From contig NC_068993.1 of NCBI RefSeq assembly GCF_001194135.2, forward strand, positions 4,062,843-4,126,842: DNA of 64,000 nt. Direction: 5' to 3'. The stretch is from Octopus bimaculoides. Taxonomy: Eukaryota. A model generated the notes under the pieces. The model was not told the origin of the DNA. It was given only the letters and a program-made list of their open reading frames with translations, and made no database searches. A program made the position numbers and the translations under genes. This document shows, in pieces, positions 14,050-27,450 of this stretch. Within the stretch, counting starts at the first letter, position 1. Each line of letters starts with the position of its first letter.

Positions 14050-15534
14050 ATTTTAGTTTATATTTTCTACTCTCATATGTTTTAATTATAGACATGATAT
14101 CATACAAATACTATCTCAAAAGAGTTTATATTATTTTACTGTATTTTAACTTTGATCTTGATTCACCATATTAATATTATCTTTATCTCTTCCTTTTCAT
14201 GTTTTAATATCACCTCGATATTTCATATTTCTTAATATCTTTATAAATAGTTATTTGTATTCACTGATAATGCTTTTATTTCAGTCAGTCAATAATATGT
14301 GATGTCTACACATCATAATCTCAGATAATACCTGTCGTTGTAACGTTTTATTAGAATACAACGTGCTCCGCTTTGCGTCTTACATGTATACTTCCTTCTA
14401 ATAATATGTTAACTGTTTCCGTCAATGGACTGTACCAATGCTGGAGCGCTGCCCTCGAATATTTTAATCCAACATTTGGCCCACGGTGCTTATTTCTGTT
14501 CCTACCATATTTTATTGTTTACTATTCGGCAAACTGATAGGTTTTGATCTTATACGGGCACTTACATAACCACCACGACCATGCTGCCACCGCCGCCGCC
14601 ACCATCACCACCACCACTATAAAATAAGTACTGTTTGAACAATTGCTGGCCTTGTGCCAAAATTTGAAATCAATATTTGTGGTGTCGTTAAAATATACCC
14701 TTTGCATGCTGCTATCTTTAGATAATGGACATGCCTTAATGATAAATAATTTTGTTTACCAATTGATGGAACAGCCTCTGTTAATCGAGGCTTTGGGATT
14801 TGTATGTTTTTTCACCTGACTACATTTTCGATGTGCATTTCTACAGTATTTCTCTGTTAACTTACAGAAGGCTATCATGCAACAGTTTTTTATTGAAAAA
14901 AAATCAGGAAAATCTCTTGTTGTCAAAGATCTCACCAGATTCTAAAATCTTACAGAACTGGTTTAGCAAGGGTGACGATCTTATCCGGGTTCCAAATAAC
15001 CTTAGATCTGTCAGATATTCTTCATGCATACACTGTCAATATCCTTTCCGAAATCTATGAAACTAACGTACAATGGAACGATCGATTGCAGATCAAAGTA
15101 TTGTTTAGTGATGTTTCTCAGTGCAAATATCAAATCAATAAAGTTTCAATTTTTTCTGAATCTAGCATGATTTTTCACTCAGTTTATTGTCAATTGTCGA
15201 TCGAATACATGAAATATAACATGGCTGAGCAAACGGCAGCTTCTTCGCGGCCAACCAATGGGATTCGTAATGTCAGTAAATATAATGGATACCACCTAAA
15301 ATATCGATGGTCTGAACAACGAAAGGACATCTAATGCAAGGTGTGGAGAAGTGGATCATACATGGTAAACTGACGAGTAAGTTCTTGAAGACCGATATGA
15401 ATCGCAGAGGCCATATTCCTTATAGGGAAGAGGAAGATAAAAGTGTATATTTATGTGTGTGTGGGTGTATACACATACAGACACATACGTATGCACATTC
15501 ACACACACAGGCACACACATAAATGTATAAATAA

Positions 15535-15785
15535 GGGCTCATGGCCCAGTGGCTAGTCATGTGATACCCACGTCCGTGAGATCCTGATTTCCATTCCCAC
15601 ATTGCTCCAGTGCACACAACTGCAACTGGGTAACACTGCGATGGAACAGCCTTCCGATCAGAGGGTACGTCGGCCTACTCATCTAGCCAGTAGGGTGGCA
15701 TCATTCAGAAGCTAAAACGATACAAAGCGCATTGTGATTAGTGATGTATAACCACATCTGATACCCTTGTCGATTACGTGATACA
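15535..15785 (+). mobile_element. tRNA-derived SINE family C, internally deleted copy
   Basis: GGCTCATGGCCCAGTGGCTAG A-box-like head, ATTGCTCCAGTGCACAC core, and 3' GCGCATTGTGATTAGTGATGTATAACCACATCTGA segment shared with 54846-54890. Confidence 0.65.
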
Positions 15786-15873
15786 CACTCACACACACAC
15801 ATTTGTGTATGTACGTGTGTGAATATATGCAAGTACGTTTATGCGTATGCGTATGTGTGTGTGTATATATATA

Positions 15874-15923
<50 letters not shown>

Positions 15924-16736
15924 GGTACGTATGCTCGAGTGTTAATATAGTGATGTTATTTTTTACTCCTTCACATGGGTAAAAGGCAAAGTTTATCTTA
16001 ATAATTTGACTTGTGCTTAAGCGAAAACTTAATATATGTTGATCTCATTAACAAGATAGCTTCGATAGGTGCGTCTCGAAAGACAAGTCGAATTAAGATG
16101 GAAGAAACTATAACATAATCATATTGACAAAATTAAGAGCTGTCCTCACTCGAATTAAGAGTTAGCCTGATGAGGGAATTCAACTTTTAATATACATTGA
16201 CATTTATGGGAATTAAGTTCAGAAAAAAATAATTTTCTGAATTATATATTCACTGTATAATGGCATCCCCCACATAGAAACAGACACACAATCGTATGAG
16301 TATATCCACATATATACACACACCGTTTATACTATATAGATGTATGCACATAAGTATATGTCTGTTCGTATGTATGTCTAATATTAATAGATAACCCTTA
16401 ATATTAGGAGAAAATATTTTCATGCAAAAGTCTGAGTGCGTAATAAAATTGATATACTATCAAATTATACTAATAGAATAATATAGACGAAATAATGGCT
16501 GAAAATAGTTCAAACACACACACACACACATACACTCTTGCGTATACACAAATACACACATACGTATATACTCATATACACACACACCTTACTTTCGACA
16601 TTTATTTTTGGCAACCAGATCAGATTTCAAAATAAGTGATGAAAACGTCTGTTTGCGCGCGCGTGTAGTACATATACGTGTGTATGTATATGTATATATT
16701 ACATATATATGTGCAGAGTATACATACGTATATACG

Positions 16737-16826
<90 letters not shown>

Positions 16827-17400
16827 TACATACATATATACACACACACATAGTTGCATGTATGTATATATATCTATATATATGTGTGGTGTGTGTATGT
16901 ATGTACGGATTTGTATATAATATATCATGTGGACCATTGCACTACTATCTCTGGACCTTGGCACTACTATAGTTTCTATTATATATCATTTACATGAAAC
17001 TATAAGTTTCATGTAAATAGTAAAAGCTTACATGCTGCTAGTTGTTTCACACTCCGTTATTTATAACGATCTTCAGGTCTGAAGACTGCAATATGTAAAT
17101 TGTTGTGATGTACCTAGGTCATATTAAGACCAACTTCTCACCTGAAAACAATATTAAATTGTACACCTTTGCATGTCTTATACAGAATATGTGCACACGT
17201 TGCACTCAGCATGGGGATTGATTTATCTCGCTACATGACTTATATAATATACAATAACATACTGTATATAGTAATATTTAAGGCAAATATTTATATGTAT
17301 ATCTACTGTCAATTCAAATCTCTGCCAATCTATTTCTCTCTCTTTATTTCTAAATATGTCTTCGTGTATGTGTATGTGTACATAAACGCGTACGAAGACC

Positions 17401-17486
<86 letters not shown>

Positions 17487-18324
17487 CATTGATACATATA
17501 TAGATAGTTAGCTTACCAATTATTTTTGTTGGTAGTTAATTTATAATATATTGATATTGAATTTTTACTGTTTTTTTTAGATAGATATATTTATATATAT
17601 ATAAATACAAATATATATACATGTATAGATATATATATGTATCTATATATATGCATTTATATATATATGCACACACACGCACATATACATATATGCGTAT
17701 ATAAATATGTACATATATAATATGTATACGCATATACGTACATGTGTGGAAGTCGTTGATTAACGCGGCCTCTTCACCTACCACGAGTCCCATGCTCCAT
17801 ATATTACATGAGACGCTAGACGTTACCTTGAGTACTTCTCTCGGGAATTATTTATAATTCAAGTTCTTTACTTTTATTTATTCATTATTTCCAGTGACAG
17901 CTGATGTGAAATTTTCGTTTTCATACCCACACCCTGTACCAACTTAATCATCAGATACTTAAATAACTTTATATACTAATGAATATAAAGCAATTTCACA
18001 ACTTCTGTATACTTCTTCGTCATCATCAACATCACCAGCATCATAATCATCCTCGTCTTCATCATCGTCATCGTTGTAATTTCTGTCTTTTGTTTTATCA
18101 TTTGCTAATTTACAGTCTTATCATGTTTGTTCATCACATATGTTTGTGTGTGCTTATGTATTAACATACATAATTGACTGTGTATAAACGTGAATATGTA
18201 TGTTTGTATGTGAACGTCCTTATATAGGGATTTATGGTTGTCCAAGTAGACTTAAAGATATATGTGTGTGTTTGTATATGAATATACATCCATCTATACA
18301 TACATACATATATATATATGTGTT

Positions 18325-18376
<52 letters not shown>

Positions 18377-19536
18377 CATATTTATGTATGTATATATATA
18401 TACATACATGTGTGCTTATGAATTTATGTTTTAAAGTGTTCATCTTAAAGTTCCAACGAATGTAAGAAAAACATTTTAATGAGGATAAAAAATATAAGTG
18501 AGTAATTTATTCAAAAACACTTCTAGAAACTATGAACAGATATACGCAATCATACACGCATACACAGATATATATATATAGATATAAACATATACATAGC
18601 TATACATGTATGTATATATATATATGTATAAACGCATATATAGAGCGACGTACAAACATGTACAGACATATATGTTTGTAAGTCACTGTTCAGTTTAATT
18701 TCAAGATGTCTTGTCAGTAGAGAAAGAGCCGGTTTCTAACCTAGATTCAACGCTCCTTCAGTGGAATTTCGACATCAACAACATGATATGTTTGTATGTA
18801 TATATATATGTATGTATGTATGCATGTATGTATGTAAGTTTGTATGCATGTATATGTACAGATTTGTATGTTTTTCTTTATCTATGTAGTTTTATGCATA
18901 TAGTTGCATATTTTGACATACTCGTATATATTTAAATGCTAAACTTCTGGAAAGTTTTACAGATTTTTACAGTTTCAGTGATAGATTGGAGATGTAGTCT
19001 TCGAATTAGCTTTCTCTTTTCTGGTTTTGAGAAGCCTAGTATGTATGTATGTATGTATGTATGTATGTATGTGTGTATGTATGTATGTATGTATGTATGG
19101 ATGGATGGATGGATAGATGGATGGATGGATGGATGTATGTATGTATGTATGTAAGTGTGTATATATATATATGTGCTCGTACGTATGTGTATTGTAGCTC
19201 ACGGAATGATAGTACCTGAATACATACTCAGAAGCGCATACATCTGCAAACATTGAAATTTGAAGACGGAAATTAAAACCAATTTCTGGATCGTGGATAG
19301 TTGTGTTCTTATTTTGGGAAAATATAGATGTCTATCACACAGAGTGGGTGATATTGATTTTTATCAACCATAGTAATCGTCATTGATTTATCATCTCCAG
19401 GAAGATAAAAGGCACAGTCCACCCTGATGCAGCTTGCACACAGAATTTAAATACTTTAAAAGTTGTTTTGTCCGATTGTCTAACGAAACTTTACATAAAT
19501 ATATTTTCAGAAATGAGTTGTATCCTTCTTAGATGT

Positions 19537-19632
19537 GAAGGCGCGTGGACTAGTGGTTAGGGTGTTGCACTCACGAACGCTAAATCGTGAGTTCGATTCC
19601 TGAACCCGGGTGGTGTGTTGTGTCCTTGAGCC
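19537..19632 (+). mobile_element. SINE family C 5' tRNA-like head, 3'-truncated
   Basis: GGCGCGTGGACTAGTGGTTAG (A box), GAGTTCGATTCC (B box), then GTGTTGTGTCCTTGAGC. No full cloverleaf or acceptor stem, so not a tRNA gene. Confidence 0.8.
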
Positions 19633-19984
19633 TGTAGTGTTGTATGAAGCCCGCCATGTCAAAGAATAGACCCAAAGTTTCCTCTGCGTATCGTAAAAGG
19701 CAACGAAAAGAGTCTGTAGTAGGATTTATACTCCGACCTCATTAAACCCTCACCAAAATGAAACCCATGAGTTGGAGAGTTGTCTCCTGACGGGTGTAAA
19801 GACGTCGTCTGCTAGAAGTAGAAGGGAATCACTAACAAATAGTGGATGCAACACCGCGCTGTTACTCTGCATAACCCCATACTACTACTACTACTACTAC
19901 TACTACTAGGTGGAAATTTTGAAATAGCATTTCCACTTACACTCAAACTGAAATTCATTATTATTAGCCCTCTTTCTTATAAGG

Positions 19985-20200
19985 AAATCATGATTTGATT
20001 GAACGACGGTATTCAAAAAAATCGCCGTTGGCAATTTTTGTTACCAAATCCAAGCTTGATGTTGTTCTCTCAGTTTACCTTCTACTGTTCGACGCCAGAT
20101 CTTTCGTGAGACCAGACTTCCACTTCTCATGTCATGTCTATATTAATGTTGCCTTTGCTATGCGCTTGCGGCCTATTCTGAGTGTTTGGAATTTAGAATA
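19985..20200 (-). mobile_element. RTE-type LINE ORF C-terminal remnant
   Basis: Frameshifted translation TLRIGRKRIAKATLI*T*HEKWKSGLTK / KIWRRTVEGKLREQHQAW resembles the RTE C-terminal pattern ...ALxWTPxGKRKRGRPKxTWRRTVE. Confidence 0.6.
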
Positions 20201-21521
20201 AGCAATAACTAAGTTTTGTAAGGTTAAAGGCCATATGGGAAAGTGAGAGAGAATTAAGAAAAATATTTAGTAGAAAAGAAAATCTGCCAATATAATTACC
20301 CAACTCTATCGATTTATTCAAGGATAAGGTATTTAAATTTTATAAGCGAACATTACANNNNNNNNNNNNNNNNNNNNNNNNNNNNNNNNNNNNNNNNNNN
20401 NNNNNNNNNNNNNNNNNNNNNNNNNNNNNNNNNNNNNNNNNNNNNNNNNNNNNNNNNNNNNNNNNNNNNNNNNNNNNNNNNNNNNNNNNNNNNNNNNNNN
20501 NNNNNNNNNNNNNNNNNNNNNNNNNNNNNNNNNNNNNNNNNNNNNNNNNNNNNNNNNNNNNNNNNNNNNNNNNNNNNNNNNNNNNNNNNNNNNNNNNNNN
20601 NNNNNNNNNNNNNNNNNNNNNNNNNNNNNNNNNNNNNNNNNNNNNNNNNNNNNNNNNNNNNNNNNNNNNNNNNNNNNNNNNNNNNNNNNNNNNNNNNNNN
20701 NNNNNNNNNNNNNNNNNNNNNNNNNNNNNNNNNNNNNNNNNNNNNNNNNNNNNNNNNNNNNNNNNNNNNNNNNNNNNNNNNNNNNNNNNNNNNNNNNNNN
20801 NNNNNNNNNNNNNNNNNNNNNNNNNNNNNNNNNNNNNNNNNNNNNNNNNNNNNNNNNNNNNNNNNNNNNNNNNNNNNNNNNNNNNNNNNNNNNNNNNNNN
20901 NNNNNNNNTATGCATATATGTATATATATCCATATGCATATATGTATACATATTTACACATACATATACATACATATATATACACATATATATATACATA
21001 TGAGATTGGATACCTAGACAGCTTAATGTTACATATTTGGCTTCCTTTCTAGATTTTTTTCTTATGTTTTGCAGAGAAAATATTTTGTGCAATGAAATTT
21101 TCATTTACACTACCTAAGGCAATTTTTGCAGCTTCTAAACACTTTTTTGTGAGGGAATGCAAACATATGCGAATATATGAAAAAATATAAGTGCATTAAA
21201 AAACATGTTGATAATTGCGTCACTGTAAAGTATAAATACTATACAAAAAATTATTTGTAAGGATTCCCTTTCAAACCCAGGATAAAAGAAAATGTGTGGT
21301 TGTTGGTTTTAGTTACTTCGATAACATTGGGAAGCGTCGCTTTGATGTAAGAATTTTGAGGAATGTTGTAGGAACCAACATATTCAGAAGACTCCGTTAA
21401 TATATCATCGTCTTAAAATGACTGAAATGATTTCTTATTTAAACAATGCTTCCAACATACAAGTACAAGAAAACTAACTCTTAATGTCCTACTAAACACA
21501 AGACGCTCACCACCAAACCTA

Positions 21522-21601
<80 letters not shown>

Positions 21602-21687
21602 CTATATATATAGATATGTATATATATATATATATATATATACATATATATACTTGTGTATATATATATACATATATGTGTGTGTGT

Positions 21688-21905
21688 GTCTTTGTATCTG
21701 TTTTTGTACCCCATCATCGCTTGACAACCAGTGTTGGTGTGTCTACCGCTCCTTAATATAGCGGTTCGCCAAAAGACGCCAGCAGAGTAAGTACTAACTA
21801 GGCTTCAAAATAAAAAGTCCTGGGGTCGATTTGTTCGACTAAAACCCTATAGTGCGGTGCTCCTGCATGGCCGTAGTCAAATGACTGAAACAAATAAAAG
21901 AATAA
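21688..21905 (+). mobile_element. SINE family B, 3' half
   Basis: CATCGCTTGACAACCAGTGTTGGTGTG...CCTGGGGTCGATTTGTTCGACTAA...GCATGGCCGTAGTCAAATGACTGAAACAAATAAAAG. Preceded by the (TA/TG)n tract that is internal to this family. Confidence 0.8.
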
Positions 21906-23082
21906 AATAATAAAATAATATATTTTCCAACAAAATAAAAATATTTCTTATATATTTGAAGTATTTTCATATTTGAAAAATTGACAGATTTATTGAATAT
22001 GTAACATCTGGATTGACGTATATTGACATGTGCGTGTATGTGCGCCACATCAGTAAGGATGTATATATGTGTGTTTCTGTGTGTGTATGTGTTTGTGTGT
22101 GTGTGTGTGTGATTTCATTTTGCTTTGTTATGTCACTAAAAAGGAAGACGGACTGAAAAAAGGAAAATGAAGGAGTTATTTGAAAACATATTAGGAAACT
22201 TCAAAATAATTTTTTAAAGTTGTGTTGTTTCACTGTTTTGACGAGTATGAAACGTGCGTGCGCGCGTGTGTGCTTCTGCGCATATGCGCGTGTATATGTG
22301 AGTGACAAGAAAATTCGATTTGTTGCCAAAAAGGAACAATACGACTAATTAACAATCTCAATACATTTTATGTATATATATACAAATCTCTTCGATTCTT
22401 GCTTTCTACTTTTGGAGGACGTGAACTAAATATTTTCTGCAAAGACGTATTTTTACCAAAATTTCTGTTTTACACACATTATTAAGAACTTATATTTTAA
22501 AATAAGTTCATAACAGAAGCTTAAGAATAGGTAGCTGTGACTTAAATAAGAAATACCATTGTGAGCGTGTAAGTGTGTGTTGGTGTGTGTGTGTGATTGT
22601 GTGTGTGATTGTGTGTGTGATTGTGTGTGTGTGCATGTGCGCGCGCGCACGTATGTTCTGTTTGAATTAATTCATTTTGGACAATGACATGTCTAAAGTC
22701 GACTGTATTTTTGTGCTCGCAGACTGTCACGTTGCAACCGAGGAATACAAAGAATCGGTTGAAGCGCCATCTTCACGTGATTTATTGTTACTTTCATCGC
22801 CATCATCTTCTTTTCCTGCCGAGTTTTTTTTTCTTTTTCTTCAAGTTTGGACATAATTCATTATAAACACTTCTTAAAATTCTTAGCCTTAGATTTGATA
22901 AATTTGGTAGAGTGTTGAATTAAATGCCTTATCTCAGAACTAACATTCTGTAATCAAAGTCCGAATTCTTGGCCGGTTTTGAGCAAAGAAAATAAATAAT
23001 TTGGGATTCATTGTTCAAGACCTAACTTTTACTTGATATGCAGATGGTGCATTAGTGTGAAAAAACTAAGTCTCTTTTAATA

Positions 23083-23250
23083 TTTACTTAGCGTGCATAG
23101 GCGAAAGCAAGATATTGTAACCACTCGAATTTGTCTGTCTGTGTGTTTGCAAAATTACTGGAAAGTGGCGGAACGGATTTTCAGCAAATTTGGCAGAAAT
23201 ACTCATTGGGTGAATGGCTCGAAGTGACGAAAATTTGATCTGATTTTCTT
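23083..23250 (+). mobile_element. DINE-1/HINE-like non-autonomous Helentron-type element fragment
   Basis: T-rich start, AGGCGAAAGCAAGATATTGT, a TGTCTGTCTGTGTGT microsatellite, then ACGGATTTTCAGCAAATTTGG. The layout matches my recollection of DINE-1-like elements; not database-verified. Confidence 0.5.
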
Positions 23251-23289
23251 CAAACTTACATAAATACATACATAGATATGCGACTCTGC

Positions 23290-23327
<38 letters not shown>

Positions 23328-23954
23328 TGTGAAAGCATTACTTTCGGTAAAACTCTCATATTATTTTATTAAAATTGCTTTTATCACCATTATTATTGTT
23401 GTATATGACTATTATGTTTCTCTTCGATGTTTTTGTCATCGTCATCATCGTCATCGTCGTCTCGCCGTCGTAATATGTATTTTAATCCCCAATCAATTTG
23501 AACCTTATTATTTGATTATTTGCTCAATGTCATAGACATAATGTCAGAAAAGGTATGAAAATACAGATTCGAAGCGTATTTTTATAAAGTCTATAAAGTA
23601 GTAAAATCTGCCAGCCTAGGAACCGTGCTGTTAAGGAGTTTTGGAATGCCAGCTGTTTGCAGCCTGAGGCAAAAATGACTGCCGGCTTTTAGAACATTGT
23701 CGATGTACAGGTGGAGATTTAGACACAAGTAATTTGTAAGCCATAGAAATGTTTTCAAAACTTCCCAGCCACAGTACAGTGGTCTTAATTAGGAAATGAG
23801 TCCTCAAAAGCTTTTCAAATATTACAAGTTAGTATCTACTTAGTTCATAATTGGTGAGACATTTGGCAGTAATTTAAATACAAGAGACAGGGGAAGATGG
23901 AAAGAGAGAAAATGTTTATTTGCATAGGTAGGTTTAGATGCATACGTACACACA

Positions 23955-24000
<46 letters not shown>

Positions 24001-24087
24001 NNNNNNNNNNNNNNNNNNNNNNNNNNNNNNNNNNNNNNNNNNNNNNNNNNNNNNNNNNNNNNNNNNNNNNNNNNNNNNNNNNNNNNN

Positions 24088-24132
<45 letters not shown>

Positions 24133-24440
24133 CATGCAAGTGTATGTTAATGCTACTATGTGAATGAGAATTAATTGGTTTCACAGTTGTTTGAAGTAAC
24201 TGCGAAAATCTTAAGTATGAAAGAATTAGCTGAATTGATTAATATTTCTGCACAGTGTTTGGAACATCTTGATAAATAATGAAGACTAGACTGTTTTGTA
24301 AATTCTAGTTAGAAAGAGAGGTTGTGACATTTGGAAATGGTTCAATGAGAAAATGACAACAGCTCGGGACACAAAATCACTAGCTCAATGATACACATCG
24401 TCACTCATTCATGTGTATATATATATATATATAATATATA

Positions 24441-24485
<45 letters not shown>

Positions 24486-25459
24486 TATATATATAAACAT
24501 TACGTTATATCATGTTATACGTTTGTGTGCGCGTGCATGTGTGTACAGAATAGAAGGAGAGGGGATAAATGTGAAGAGATATTTTGTAAAACAAATAGTA
24601 TAATAAGAACGCTGTACATTTCTGTATATATTTATATTTTATTTTTTAATCGACTGAAAATATCAAAGGACTGAAGAGCTGAGCGAGAACTTCGTACAGA
24701 CTGATGAGTACCATGCACGAAACTCTTAGCCATTGTGTAACTTTTCAAGTCTTGTTGATTATAAGTAACAAAATAAATACATGCAACATATACACACACA
24801 CATCCATATACTTAGACATACACATATGTGTGTCTGTGTGCATTTGCATATTCATAGATATGTACACGATCCAGTCTGCCTCTAGTTACTAATTCAAAAT
24901 GCAGGTAGTCATAAACAGCTTCAAATACTAATTTGTTTCTGCCTGACTTTATAAATGGGAGAAAAATTACTCAATATAATCATTACAGAGTATTTTATTT
25001 CTTCATTCGAAGCTGATGTTTCATGCCACAATTCCCCTCTTTATGCGGTTTTACACTTCAGTGAATTCTTGAAATGTTCCATAGCATACCATGTGTGCTT
25101 TTTGTTATACTTTATGAAGAGGTTTCAAAGCATTCGTTAAACGCTTATCCCATTCTGGCGAAAGGGGTGTCTTAAGTCGTCCTCTACCACCACTATCTTT
25201 CTCATGATGCAAGGAAGATGATTCAAAGAAATAAAGAAAAGATGGTCAACGTATATTATATCAAATCTTGGCACTGTGCTAACTTAGATCCCCGTTGATA
25301 AGCAGGTAGTATTAAAGAATGTGCTAAACACATCCTGCACGCAAAGCAGTAGCTCTAGCTCTTTGCTGGATTTGGCAATGGAGATTAAAAAGGAGAATGA
25401 AGACAACAAACAAATGTAGTCTATGTCTATATGATTCATATATAATTCATATTTGAATG

Positions 25460-25600
25460 GCTTGCTTCCCAGTCACATGTTTCTGTGTTCAGTCCCACTG
25501 CGTGGTCTCTTGGGTAAGAGTCTTCTACTAGAGTTTCGGGTCGACCAAAGCCTTGTGAGTGGATTTGGGAGACGGAAACTGAAAGAAGCCCGTCGTATCA
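25460..25600 (+). mobile_element. SINE family B, 5' half
   Basis: TTCAGTCCCACTGCGTGG...GACCAAAGCCTTGTGAGTGGATTTGGGAGACGGAAACTGAAAGAAGCCCGTCGTAT aligns with 53494-53645. Confidence 0.85.
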
Positions 25601-25646
25601 TGACCGCAGCCACTTGGCTGAAACACATAAATAAATAAATAAATAA

Positions 25647-25691
<45 letters not shown>

Positions 25692-26109
25692 TGCCTGTCT
25701 GTCCGTCTGTTTTACGAACATATTGCGTTACAGAATGAATGTAAGAATTGCTTATGTTCAGACCGTAGATTTATAGATCAGACACTGAAAATTACTGCCT
25801 TAATTGATAATTATTGAAAAATGAAACACACTTTCAAATATAGTGATACTTCGCAGTATGAGTTTAATTCGTTCTTTGATCGAGCTCGCCTAACGATTAA
25901 CTAGTTTCACAAATCAATTTTTGCCATAGAAATTAACTAAAATATAATTAATCCGTTCCGGCCACCCAGAACCACTCAAAAATAATATTTTGTGGGTTTT
26001 AAAACAGAAAAGGTGTAGTTGGAAGTAAAATGACAATTATGAAAAAGAAATGCAAAAGAAATACGTTGACTGGTTTTATTAACAGACTTACCTTAAAGAT
26101 GGGACGATT

Positions 26110-26224
26110 TGTGTACTCGTACTGCAGATTTCTGCCCGTAGTTCAAGACAAAAGCTTGCACGAGTATCGGCTTGTACAGCAAATTGCTCGTACAATGGGG
26201 CACTCGTACTGTGAGGTTCTACTG
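26110..26224 (-). mobile_element. pogo/Tigger-like (Tc1/mariner superfamily) DNA transposon terminus, solo end
   Basis: Minus strand reads TA|CAGTAGAACCTCACAGTACGAGTG..., a TA target followed by a CAGTRGAACCTC-type TIR start, with repeated TACGAG-like subterminal motifs. No partner TIR found. Confidence 0.6.
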
Positions 26225-27096
26225 TATGTACACACCTAGAAATAAATACATTTTTACACGTATATATATACATCAAACATATGAACCGTTACTTTAACAC
26301 GTAAATTTGCGTATGAATAAATAAACATACTATCGTCTTTACATAGGTGTGTATGCACATATATAGACATACAAATGTTCTAGTTTATCGGTGAAAGGGA
26401 AGAGAAAATCAATACATCTCGTAGTTACTTATTTATCTAAACTAAATTTCCTTTTCTCGCAACTAGTTTCACGCTATTGCGATCTTCAGCTATATATATA
26501 TATATATATGAAGAATCAGTTATTATTCTCATGGATTGCTACATAGCATTATTATGATTTTGTTTTGTGTTTTGTTTCTTAGTGTTTTCAGTGACTAAAG
26601 TTTTTCTTGGTTAGTAAAATGAGTATGTACGTGTAGTATAACTTGTATGTTCGTATTTGTGCTCGTATATCTATAGTTTCGCGTGTATAAGCGTTTATAT
26701 GTATGCGCTTAGACAGTAAGAATTTTCCAAACGCCGTATATAACATTTCAACAATAACAAGACACAATTCTTAAACCCTTTTATCAACCACTGACCTCTA
26801 AAGAAATGAGAAACAGCTTCAGTAAAAAGTCAGTTTATTAGACATTGCTAAAAGAAATACACGAAGTATGGAGCAAACTGTCCAAACGAAAGCCTGTTTA
26901 CCAGAAATAGGATTCTTAGTGAAAGGAATTACAGAATGCGAATATTATTATGGCAATAAAACGGCGTATACGTAAAATATAGTGAAAGGAGTGATAAAGA
27001 AAGTGTGGAGAATAAAGAAGCTGAGAGCTAACTAGAAAGGAAGGTAAAGATAGGTGCAGACACAGCTATACAAGACAGACAGAGATAAACCGATGT

Positions 27097-27100
27097 ATAG

Positions 27101-27171
<71 letters not shown>

Positions 27172-27450
27172 TGGATGGATGGATGGATGGAGGGAGGGAG
27201 GGAGGGATGGATGGATGGAGGGAGGGACAAATTTATCGAAATAAAGTTACATAGATAGATAAATAAATAGATAGATAGATATTTCGTTATATATAAAGAG
27301 ACAGAGCTTGGTTGATTGACTCATTGATTGAATGGTTAATTGATTGATTAATTGACTGATTGATTAATTAATTGAATGATTGATTAATTGATAAATCAAT
27401 CGAACGATCACTTGATTGATTCAGTGAGTGAGTGAGTGAGTGAGTGAGTG
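27097..27450. repeat. Compound microsatellite run (GATA)-(GA)-(GGAT)-(GGGA)-(GATA)-(GATT)-(GAGT)
   Basis: Directly visible. Includes GGGAGGGAGGGAGGG at 27192-27206. Confidence 0.9.

Noticed and set aside
16166-16200. CTGATGAGG motif
   Set aside because: No stem II-GAAA downstream.
19537-19605. Possible tRNA gene
   Set aside because: A and B boxes are present but there is no cloverleaf, and it continues into SINE body sequence.
24701-24745. CTGATGAG-TACCATGCA-CGAAAC hammerhead core
   Set aside because: Stem II is marginal, and no NUH triplet with a stem I complement exists in type I or type III topology.
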